Origin: Candidatus Poribacteria bacterium
GTDB taxonomy: Bacteria; Poribacteria; WGA-4E; WGA-3G
Reading direction: 5' to 3'
Assembly (NCBI GenBank): GCA_022827885.1
Contig: JAJEIP010000019.1
Span: 27,209 to 91,208 of the forward strand
Length of the DNA: 64,000 bases
Positions 46,631 through 56,616 of the stretch are shown in pieces; the stretch's first letter is position 1; the number at the start of each line of letters is the position of its first letter. The position numbers were made by a program, and so were the translations under genes. The notes beneath the pieces are model-generated. The model had not been told where the DNA came from, searched no databases, and was given only the letters and a program-made list of their open reading frames with translations.

Positions 46631-46770
46631 GACGTATACCTCGTTTCCTGGCACAGAAAGAGGAATATTTCTGTTCTTAGACCTATCCAAATGCTGAAGA
46701 AACACCCAAGCAAATACACTCTACGGGACTCAAGAGGTTTTGAAGTATGCAAGGTTTCTATGTAAAATCC

Positions 46771-46797
46771 GGTGCGGTTGGAAACCGCACCTACCGG
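46771..46797 (+). repeat. REP-like hairpin (GGTGCGGTT-gga-AACCGCACC followed by TACCGG)
   Basis: 9-bp stem with CTAC at the 3' boundary. Degenerate relatives follow at about 46846-46866 and 46876-46912. Confidence 0.85.
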
Positions 46798-46908
46798 ACT
46801 TGGGTGCGAGGCGGTTATTTTTTTAATGAATTGATGCCTATGATACGGTAAAAAATCGCACTTACCAATTCAGGGAGGAAAACCCGGGGCAGTTGGAAAC
46901 AGACTCGG

Positions 46909-47046
46909 CTACCGCTCGCCTTGCTGGCGGATTGCGACTAACTCTTGTAGAATGCGCCTGTGGAGACGGTGTAGTTCAAGGACCATTCCGATGCCGATCG
47001 CAAGCGACACACCCGCTGCGAGAATAAGTTTCTTTTTTAAGGACAT
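46909..47046 (-). CDS. Possible small membrane protein (45 aa)
   Basis: Not in the ORF track (under 60 aa). ATG at 47046 lies 6 nt after AGGAG. Translation MSLKKKLILAAGVSLAIGIGMVLELHRLHRRILQELVAIRQQGER has one TM helix. Its 3' end overlaps a decayed REP. Confidence 0.3.
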   Translation of the reverse strand: MSLKKKLILAAGVSLAIGIGMVLELHRLHRRILQELVAIRQQGER

Positions 47047-47130
47047 GTCCCGCTCCTGTACTAACCTGAGCTCGGTAAAGCAGTTTTTGTACCATCCACT
47101 GGTTTCCTCACAGTGAGACGGACGTTAGCA

Positions 47131-47158
47131 ATCCGCACAAACTAACAGTTTATGCTAC
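47131..47158. promoter_or_regulatory. Third copy of the CIRCE-like motif (CCGCACAA-N9-TTATGCTAC)
   Basis: The 20-nt core is identical to the dnaK-distal copy. Located between the icd stop and the small ORF. Confidence 0.35.
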
Positions 47159-47193
47159 ATACAGAGGACAGTATCTCCATTGCACATTTGGAA

Positions 47194-47217
47194 CGTGCGA
47201 TGAATCGCACGACTACG
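47194..47217 (+). repeat. REP-like hairpin (GTGCGA-tgaa-TCGCAC followed by GACTACG)
   Basis: 6-bp stem with a CTAC motif 2 nt after it. Confidence 0.6.
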
Positions 47218-47258
47218 AACCCCCTTCAAAGTCAACAAAACACTGGTGGAAAGGGTTT

Positions 47259-48506
47259 CTATTGGAAGTTTTCGACAATCGATGCGCCGAACTCGGAGGT
47301 GCGGACCTTCGTCGCGCCTTCCATGAGACGCTCCAGATCGTAGGTCACTTTTTTCTGGAGGATGGTCTTCTCAAGTCCCGAAATAATCAGGTCGGCGGCT
47401 TCCTGCCAACCGAGGTGCTCCAGCATCATGACAGCGGAGAGGATCAGTGAACCCGGATTGACAACATCCTGATCGGTATATTTCGGGGCAGTGCCGTGCG
47501 TCGCCTCAAACAGGGCGACTTCATCGCTGAGGTTACCACCGGGTGCCATACCGATACCACCGACCTGTGCCGCCGCGGCATCTGAGAGATAATCTCCGTT
47601 CAAATTCGGGGTGACAATCACGTCGTATTCATCGGTTCGCGTCAAAATCTGCTGCAACATGCTGTCAGCAATTCGGTCATTGACGATAATTTTGCCTTCT
47701 GGACACTCACCATCGTAATCGCTATAGAGTTCATCCTCTGTAATGGTTTGCTCGGGGAATTCCTCTTTGGCGAGTTCGTATCCCCACGCACAGAACGCAC
47801 CTTCGGTAAACTTCATAATGTTGCCTTTGTGAACAAAGGTAACGCTACGTCTACCGTGGTCAATTGCGTATTGGATCGCCATCCGTGCCAAGCGTTTCGT
47901 GCCGAAGATGCTGATCGGTTTCACACCGATACCCGAATCCTCGCGAATGTCTACTCCCATTTCAGTGCGGAGGAGTTCGATAACCTTTTTGACCTCCGGT
48001 GTGCCTTGTTCCCACTCAATACCGGCATAAACATCCTCGGTGTTTTCACGGAAGATAACGACATTCATCTTTTCGGGATGGGTTACAGGGGCAGGGACAC
48101 CTTGGAAGTAGCGGACGGGACGGACACATGCGTAGAGTTCAAGGACCTGACGGAGCGTCACATTTAGACTGCGGAATCCACCCCCGACAGGTGTTGTGAG
48201 CGGTCCCTTCAGGGCAACACGGAAGTACTCAATTGCGTCGAAAGTATCCTGCGGGAGCCATTCGTTGTATTTCGCCATGGCGTTTTCGCCAGCGTAGACA
48301 TCAAACCAAACGATCTCGTTTTCACCGTTATAGGCTGTCTGGACGGCTGCATTAACAACCCGGCGTGTAACCTTCATGATGTCTCGCCCGATGCCATCGC
48401 CTTCAATGACAGGGATAATCGGCTTATTCGGCACGACGAGCTGTCCATTATCGATCCCGATTCTTTCACCTTCTGTCGGGACTGTTAACTGCTCAAATTC
48501 AATCAC
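47259..48506 (-). CDS. icd: NADP-dependent isocitrate dehydrogenase
   Basis: 415 aa, GTG start after GGAGAGG. Collinear with E. coli-type Icd ([60 protein letters not shown]). Confidence 0.95.
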   Translation of the reverse strand: MIEFEQLTVPTEGERIGIDNGQLVVPNKPIIPVIEGDGIGRDIMKVTRRVVNAAVQTAYNGENEIVWFDVYAGENAMAKYNEWLPQDTFDAIEYFRVALKGPLTTPVGGGFRSLNVTLRQVLELYACVRPVRYFQGVPAPVTHPEKMNVVIFRENTEDVYAGIEWEQGTPEVKKVIELLRTEMGVDIREDSGIGVKPISIFGTKRLARMAIQYAIDHGRRSVTFVHKGNIMKFTEGAFCAWGYELAKEEFPEQTITEDELYSDYDGECPEGKIIVNDRIADSMLQQILTRTDEYDVIVTPNLNGDYLSDAAAAQVGGIGMAPGGNLSDEVALFEATHGTAPKYTDQDVVNPGSLILSAVMMLEHLGWQEAADLIISGLEKTILQKKVTYDLERLMEGATKVRTSEFGASIVENFQ

Positions 48507-48525
48507 GGGTGTTCCTCTCCAAATA

Positions 48526-48553
48526 GTTTTCAGTCGTCAGTTGTCAGTTTTCG
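48526..48553 (-). repeat. Heptamer array in the icd leader (GTTTTCA GTCGTCA GTTGTCA GTTTTCG on the plus strand)
   Basis: In the icd sense these read CGAAAAC TGACAAC TGACGAC TGAAAAC, 20-47 nt upstream of the GTG start. Confidence 0.8.
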
Positions 48554-48625
48554 GTGCTTGGAAAAACGTGCCTTTCGCGTTTGTTCGTAAACGTGTTCGC
48601 TTAAGGAACTGAAAACCGTTAGTGC

Positions 48626-50176
48626 CTAAAAGGAAATCTCACTTGCCATCCGGTTGTGTAATGCGACGACTTCGTTTGCGATGGTCATATCGTCAGTCGG
48701 TCCCGGAATAACATCAGGGTGCGGTGGGATAACGGGACGGATAATCCGCAACTGGAGCTGCTCGCGGGCATCCATTATCCATCCAAAACCCCGGAAGATG
48801 TAGGTCAATAGGGTTCTGTCACTCTCATAGATGTCCAATCCTTCTTGGACTGCCCATCCCCCGAAATCGGTATTCGGCGTTAAACGGAGGGGCGGTTCGT
48901 TCTCACGTCCGGGACGGACAAAGCCTTCGACGAAAGCGAGTTGATAGATGCGCTGCGTAATTCCCAACCGTTTTTTCTGCTGATCGTTGAGTTGAATGTC
49001 GCCATTGTCAACGGCTTCTAAGAAAGGATTGAAATAGATAGCGGGTCTGGGGTCTTGCTGGATTTCATCGGAGCGTCCAGCTGCAGCGATTTCGGGGTGT
49101 CCAAAGGTCGGCAATGCGGACAGCATCCGTTGCTGGATTGCGTCCTCTCGCGTCTCAGTATCCAGCGGTTCAATTTGATTAATGAACGCTGTCATGTCGT
49201 GAATCGCCCCGAAGTGCCGGTCACCATCTAACGTCATCTGCGATGCGACAAAAAAGTCGGAGACTGCGCCGGTGTGCAGGGTTGCAAGATACCGTGCGAC
49301 GACGTTGGAACCTGCGGAACCGTGGTGTGCCTGTATGATCCCCATCCGTTCCAGGATATTGGCTTCGACGGCACTGGCTTCTCGCCCTAAAAGGAGACTG
49401 TAGCAGGTTTGGAAAGCAGTTTTTTCACGTTTCTGGTGATCGGTGATGAGATCAGTGGCACGCATTGCGAGGACTTGCGGATGTAATGCGTTGTTCTCGC
49501 GGAGTTGATGGCGCATATACACAGAAATCGTTCCGACTGCGACATTCTCCATGTGTGTCCCGATCAATTCAAGCAGGAGTGCGCCGGGATGCCGTGTGCT
49601 GTTAATCCCTTTCTGATTCGGATGACTGAGTTTACGGAGTGTTGAGAAATGTTGAATGGCAGCTTCGGGACCTGCCTCTGGGAAGGCTTTAACAAATTCT
49701 GCGACCTGATTGATGAGGCGTTGTTTACCGGTTAGGCTCTCTCTGCGAGTCGTGGTAAAGTTATAAAATTTCTTATCTATTAATTCTGACAGCAGTGCCT
49801 CTTCATCAAGCCCTGTGGCATCCGTTTCAGGTCTTCTACCGAAGAGTCCGGCGAAGATAACCCCTGCGGGACTGATCTGACCCGCGACGATCTCACTTTC
49901 AGAGACAATCCCCCGAATAGCAAAACTGCGAATGTTCAATGTTATCTGGGTGCCAGCACAGTCAACCGCAACTTTATGCAGCGCCGGATTCGCGAAAACG
50001 GTTGTCGATTGTGGCATGGAGCTAAAACTGGTAAGCACGGCTGTAATCTGATCTTCACCCAACTCTGCCGCTCTGTTTAAGGAATCCGTTACTGGGGCAT
50101 ACGTTGAGGCTTCTGGCACACCAGAGAGGATTTTTCGGACCGCGGCTGCCTGCTTCGCCCCCAAAATCTTGTTCAA
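48626..50176 (-). CDS. Divergent citrate synthase family protein with a long N-terminal extension
   Basis: 516 aa, TTG start 8 nt after AGGAG. ILERMGIIQAHHGSAGSN ... LDGDRHFGA ... FGHPE ... PNTDFGG aligns with citrate synthase ILER..LHADHE..N, GPxHGGA, GFGHRVY and PNVDFYSG, so the His/His/Asp positions are retained. Confidence 0.55.
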   Translation of the reverse strand: MNKILGAKQAAAVRKILSGVPEASTYAPVTDSLNRAAELGEDQITAVLTSFSSMPQSTTVFANPALHKVAVDCAGTQITLNIRSFAIRGIVSESEIVAGQISPAGVIFAGLFGRRPETDATGLDEEALLSELIDKKFYNFTTTRRESLTGKQRLINQVAEFVKAFPEAGPEAAIQHFSTLRKLSHPNQKGINSTRHPGALLLELIGTHMENVAVGTISVYMRHQLRENNALHPQVLAMRATDLITDHQKREKTAFQTCYSLLLGREASAVEANILERMGIIQAHHGSAGSNVVARYLATLHTGAVSDFFVASQMTLDGDRHFGAIHDMTAFINQIEPLDTETREDAIQQRMLSALPTFGHPEIAAAGRSDEIQQDPRPAIYFNPFLEAVDNGDIQLNDQQKKRLGITQRIYQLAFVEGFVRPGRENEPPLRLTPNTDFGGWAVQEGLDIYESDRTLLTYIFRGFGWIMDAREQLQLRIIRPVIPPHPDVIPGPTDDMTIANEVVALHNRMASEISF

Positions 50177-50593
50177 AATGATTTCTCCTTCGTTGACTAT
50201 TTAGTAGAATTTTTCGTCTCAAGTTTCTCCGAAATTTAATGTGTCCACATCCGCGTAACCACCCTTCACGGGACAGGACAATGAAGTGCTTCAGATTCTG
50301 TTTAGAAAAGTTCTGATCGACTCTCGTCAATACTTTAATATATTTTAGCAGATTTCCGATTAAAAGTCAAGAGAAAATCGAAAAACACACAGGATTAAAC
50401 CGACCCATGTATTCTGATTCTATCAAAAATTTGACTTGCAGAAATGCGGATTTTGTAGTATCATTATTAAGGAACGTATTTGATTAAGGGGACGCTGCAC
50501 GTACCGAGATTATATCCCTCTTGCAAACAGAGATCGGTGTGCGCTGCACGGTGCCTCACATTCTACTTTTTCATAGATAAGGAGCTTAATTAG

Positions 50594-50890
50594 ATGAGCA
50601 ATGAAGCATTAGGAATGGTTGAAACACGTGGACTCGTCGGTGCGGTCGAAGCTGCCGACACCATGGTGAAAGCCGCAAATGTCAAACTGGTTGGAAAAGA
50701 ACAAGTAGGGGGCGGTTTCGTCACTGTTTTGGTCCGCGGAGATGTCGGTGCGGTGCAAGCCGCGACGGATGCTGGCGCAGAAGCGGCGAAAGCAGTCGGC
50801 GAATTAGTGTCGGTGCACGTCATCCCTCGCCCACATTCAGATGTGGAAGGCATTCTCGGCGGGAATTCTTCTGCCAAGAGTAGCAAATAG
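50594..50890 (+). CDS. Bacterial microcompartment shell protein, BMC-H (PduA/EutM/CcmK family)
   Basis: [27 protein letters not shown] ... [19 protein letters not shown] ... VHVIPRPH is nearly collinear with PduA. AAGGAG lies upstream. Confidence 0.95.
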   Translation: MSNEALGMVETRGLVGAVEAADTMVKAANVKLVGKEQVGGGFVTVLVRGDVGAVQAATDAGAEAAKAVGELVSVHVIPRPHSDVEGILGGNSSAKSSK

Positions 50891-50902
50891 ATCGCAAACC
50901 TC

Positions 50903-50938
50903 GTAGGGTGAGGGATGGCTTTCGGACCTCAGCCCTAC
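50903..50938 (+). promoter_or_regulatory. Intercistronic hairpin between the shell gene and the aldehyde dehydrogenase (GTAGGGTGAGG ... CCTCAGCCCTAC)
   Basis: 11-bp stem with one bulge, starting 13 nt after the BMC-H stop. Bounded by GTAG and CTAC like the REP family. Confidence 0.5.
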
Positions 50939-51058
50939 ACCGCTTTAGCAGAGAGCACGTCGCACTGCTATAGGTTCTATATCTATCGTCTGGATCCGTT
51001 AGCGGTTTCAGTACGTGTTCCGGTTGGTGCCGTGCGCAACGAGGTATTGGAGGGCTGA

Positions 51059-52489
51059 ATGGCACAAATTGACGAAAAACAGATTGAAGAGATTGTCTCC
51101 CAAGTATTAAGGACACTTCAACAAGACAAAACAGTAGTAAGACCACCCGTTACGCCCGTAGGGGTCAGTGCCTCCGCGCGGGCAGGCGTTTTTGGGACAG
51201 TAGCAGAGGCTATCGCAGCCGCAAAAACAGCACAAGCGGCACTGGTCAAACTTGGGTTCGCAAAAAGACGCGAAATCATTGAAGCGATTAAAGAAGTATC
51301 ACTTGCCAACGCGAAACGGCTCGCAGATTTGGCGGTCCAAGACACAAATATGGGGAATGCGGCACATAAAGTGATGAAGAATGAAGGTGCCGTAACACTC
51401 TCACCGGGAGTGGAGGATCTGATCTCCGAGGCGGTATCGGGTGATTCTGGAACACTTCTCATCGAATATGTCCCTTTCGGGGTCATTAACTCGATTACCC
51501 CTACCACAAATCCAACATCAACGGTGATTAACCACGCGATTATAATGCTGTCAGCGGGGAACGCTGTTGTGTTCAGTCCGCATCCAAACGCACGCGACTG
51601 TACCGAAGAAACGATGCACGTCATCAACGAAGCAATCGTCAAGGCAGGGGGACCCGCCAACTTATTGACATCGGTTGCGAACGCCAGTCTGCGAACGGCG
51701 AAAGAGATCATGGAGCATCCTGAGATCGCGATGCTCGTTGCGACCGGGGGTGCGTCCGTCGTCCGGACTGCGCTCTCAAGCGGTAAAAAGACGATCGCTG
51801 CTGGACCTGGCAATCCGCCTGCGATTGTTGATGAAACAGCGGATATTCAGCAGGCAGCGAAACATGTCATCGCCGGCACGAGTTTTGACAACAACCTGCT
51901 CTGTATCGGCGAAAAAGCACTGTTTGTTATCGATTCCGTCGCAAACGAAACGGTTCGGGAGTTAACGCGGAACGGTGGGCATCTCCTCGGTGCGAGCCAA
52001 CTTCAGGCATTAGAGGCGGTTGTCACAGAAAAAGAGGAATCCAACAAGGAATACATCGGTAAAGATGCGCTGACGATCTTAAACGCAGCGGGTATCACAG
52101 CCCCTGCGGAGACAGTCGCGATTGTTGTGGAAGTTTCAGCGGATCATGGGTTCGTTATGAACGAATACCTGATGCCGATTCTTCCCGTCGTCCGTTGTCG
52201 CGATTTCGATGAGGCGTTGGCAGGCGCAGTCAGAGCAGAAGGCGGACGTGGACACACTGGCGTGCTCCACACAAACAACACCAAACGCATCACGCAGTTC
52301 ACAAAGGCAATAGACTGCAGTGTTACGGTCATAAACGCCCCCTCTTACGCGTCCTGTGGATTAGAAGGCGAAGGCTACCTCGCGATGACCATCGCGGGAC
52401 CGACAGGCGAAGGGTTCACACGCCCACGCACCTTTACACGTCAGAGACGCTTAACGATCGCAGGTGATTTATCAGCACATACGCAGTGA
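51059..52489 (+). CDS. CoA-acylating aldehyde dehydrogenase (PduP/EutE family) with an N-terminal encapsulation-peptide-like helix
   Basis: 476 aa. Catalytic FDNNLLCIGEK motif. N-terminal IDEKQIEEIVSQVLRTLQQ amphipathic segment followed by a linker, as in BMC-targeted PduP/EutE. Confidence 0.85.
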   Translation: MAQIDEKQIEEIVSQVLRTLQQDKTVVRPPVTPVGVSASARAGVFGTVAEAIAAAKTAQAALVKLGFAKRREIIEAIKEVSLANAKRLADLAVQDTNMGNAAHKVMKNEGAVTLSPGVEDLISEAVSGDSGTLLIEYVPFGVINSITPTTNPTSTVINHAIIMLSAGNAVVFSPHPNARDCTEETMHVINEAIVKAGGPANLLTSVANASLRTAKEIMEHPEIAMLVATGGASVVRTALSSGKKTIAAGPGNPPAIVDETADIQQAAKHVIAGTSFDNNLLCIGEKALFVIDSVANETVRELTRNGGHLLGASQLQALEAVVTEKEESNKEYIGKDALTILNAAGITAPAETVAIVVEVSADHGFVMNEYLMPILPVVRCRDFDEALAGAVRAEGGRGHTGVLHTNNTKRITQFTKAIDCSVTVINAPSYASCGLEGEGYLAMTIAGPTGEGFTRPRTFTRQRRLTIAGDLSAHTQ

Positions 52490-52546
52490 CGCAAATAGTT
52501 GTATTTGCGACCGGTCTTGGTTGCTTAATATTTTTCAGAAGCCCTT

Positions 52547-54615
<2,069 letters not shown>

Positions 54616-54616
54616 A

Positions 54617-54650
54617 GTTGGGTTTCAACTTCGTTTCAACCCAACCTACG
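54617..54650 (+). repeat. REP-like hairpin after ligA (GTTGGGTT ... AACCCAAC followed by CTACG)
   Basis: 8-bp stem with a 13-nt loop and CTAC immediately 3'. Probably also the ligA terminator. Confidence 0.7.
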
Positions 54651-54734
54651 TTCCCATTTTCAAACTTCCGTGAATCCACTTTATTGGACTCCCAAACTGC
54701 TCCGGTGTTTTGCTCGATGATCGCCTCATAATTC

Positions 54735-55412
54735 TTAGTCAGACGCCTGATAATAGGCACACGAGGTCTGTAAGCGACACTCCTGACAATTCGGTGTCTT
54801 CTTGTGGCAGACTCTGGCACCGTGACTCACAATCAGCGCATGGTATTCGTTGAATAGGTCGACATCGTGCGGAAGGTTCTCCATAAACAGCGCACGGAGT
54901 TTGTCATAGTCGTATCTCCCTGTAACCCATCCCAACCGCGAAAAAAGTCTATAGGTATAGGAATCAACCACAAAACTCGGTTTACTCGCAGCGTAGAGAA
55001 TTATTGTATCCGCCGTTTCGGGACCGACACCGTAGATGGAGAGGAGTTCTTCACGCAACTCAGGGACATCCTGCGTAAACATCACGTGCATAGGACGATC
55101 TGCGATATGGTCAACAAATGCCCGCACTTTTTGCGCCTTCATCCGAAAGTAGCGTGAGGGTCGGATGAGTCGCTCCAACGCGGATTGGCTGATAGATGCT
55201 ATCTCCTCAGGGGTAAAAGCCCCGGCATCTTTGAGATTGTCCATCGCTTTTTCGACGTTACGCCATGAAGTCGCCTGTGTTAGAATCGCACCGAGTGCGA
55301 CTTCAAACGGAGTGTCTGCGGGCCACCATTTACGGTTCCCGTGTTGTGCGAGCAATTGATTATAGAGTGTAAACAATTTTTCAGTAATATTGCCTTCACA
55401 TAGAATTTGCAT
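54735..55412 (-). CDS. Endonuclease III-related HhH-GPD protein with a 4Fe-4S cluster loop
   Basis: 225 aa. HhH motif (LLSIYGVGPETADTIILY) and C-terminal CHKKTPNCQECRLQTSC. Confidence 0.75.
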   Translation of the reverse strand: MQILCEGNITEKLFTLYNQLLAQHGNRKWWPADTPFEVALGAILTQATSWRNVEKAMDNLKDAGAFTPEEIASISQSALERLIRPSRYFRMKAQKVRAFVDHIADRPMHVMFTQDVPELREELLSIYGVGPETADTIILYAASKPSFVVDSYTYRLFSRLGWVTGRYDYDKLRALFMENLPHDVDLFNEYHALIVSHGARVCHKKTPNCQECRLQTSCAYYQASD

Positions 55413-55448
55413 TATGTAGAAAGACCCCTCATAAAAAAGGAAAAGACT

Positions 55449-56327
55449 ATGGATTTAAGTTTCAGCACGAGCGCAGGCAACGGCGGTTGGAGCCTTGCCG
55501 AATGCGCAGCATGGGCAAAAGCCAACGGATTTGACGCCATCCGCCCGAACGCTACCGGCGTTGTCGAACCGAGTGACATTATACAATCGGGTGGCGAAGC
55601 GGTCAAGGAAATTTTGGATACCCACGGCATCTACCTCGCAGCCCTCACGGCGCATTGTAACCTGCTTGACGACGATCGAGAAACACGGGAGAATGCGCGC
55701 GATGCCCTGATGCAGGCAATCGAAGCGACCCACATCCTCGGGGCACCGGTGGTGGTGACCTACGCTGGCAGTCCGGTGAGTTGGCATTTCTATGGACAGT
55801 TCTCTTCAGAACCGGGCAATCCAGGCGACAGGTCGGTTGAACTCGTCGGACGATTCAAAGAGATGTGGATACCGGTCGTCCGCTTCGCCGAAGAGAAAGG
55901 TGTGCAGCTCGCGTTGGACTGCGCCGTCCGTATGGGTAACATCGCCTGTAATCCTGAAATGTGGGAACGGATCCTTGACGCGATTCCTTCAGATTCGCTC
56001 GGACTCTCCTGTGACCCGTCGCATTGGCTCTGGATGGGTATCCTACCCGCTGAGGACGCGATTCGCATGTTCAACGGCAAATGGTATTACGCCGACGTGA
56101 AGGACTGTGAAATCAGTCCGCGGATGAAGTTCCGACAAGGTATCATCGGTAACTGGTGGTGGCAGTATCGTGTGCCCGGACGCGGGCAATTGAATTGGGG
56201 AACGATTACCGGTGCGCTGCAGGAATCGGGTTACGACTATGTGCTCTGTGTCGAGAACGAGGATCGCGGTGCCCCGGGGTTAGACGGCTTCGCGCTCGGT
56301 GGTCGGTATCTCCGTCAATTTCTTTAG
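55449..56327 (+). CDS. Sugar phosphate isomerase/epimerase (xylose isomerase-like TIM barrel)
   Basis: The ATG at 55449 avoids overlap with the divergent gene. CDPSH and VENED metal-ligand motifs. Confidence 0.7.
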   Translation: MDLSFSTSAGNGGWSLAECAAWAKANGFDAIRPNATGVVEPSDIIQSGGEAVKEILDTHGIYLAALTAHCNLLDDDRETRENARDALMQAIEATHILGAPVVVTYAGSPVSWHFYGQFSSEPGNPGDRSVELVGRFKEMWIPVVRFAEEKGVQLALDCAVRMGNIACNPEMWERILDAIPSDSLGLSCDPSHWLWMGILPAEDAIRMFNGKWYYADVKDCEISPRMKFRQGIIGNWWWQYRVPGRGQLNWGTITGALQESGYDYVLCVENEDRGAPGLDGFALGGRYLRQFL

Positions 56328-56329
56328 GG

Positions 56330-56364
56330 GTTGTCAGTCGTCAGTTATCAGTTGTCAGTTGGAA
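56330..56364 (+). repeat. Heptamer array (GTTGTCA GTCGTCA GTTATCA GTTGTCA GTTGGAA) directly after a stop codon
   Basis: Five 7-nt units starting 3 nt after the 56327 stop. Their orientation is opposite to the leader-associated arrays relative to the flanking plus-strand genes. Confidence 0.85.
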
Positions 56365-56616
56365 AACTGAATGGCTCTGGCATCAATTCCGCTATCTCTT
56401 GCAATTGATTGTGATTTGTGCTAATTTTTAACTATTCTTTACGGTTAAATCAAGTGAGTTTGGAACCTTAAGGTCCCTTTGTGTAATCCGCCCTCCATTT
56501 CATTACGGGCTCTGTGCTTTGACAATCAAGAAGAAAGACAACTTATCACCAAGGGCAATCGCAACGCATCAAGTCTACACGTATATCCTATCCTGCACGA
56601 AACGACGGATAAAAAA

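Noticed and set aside
50590-50886. 98-aa minus-strand ORF exactly opposite the BMC-H gene.
   Set aside because: It is an Ala/Thr/Pro-rich mirror frame of a GC-rich, highly conserved shell gene. The plus-strand product is nearly collinear with PduA.
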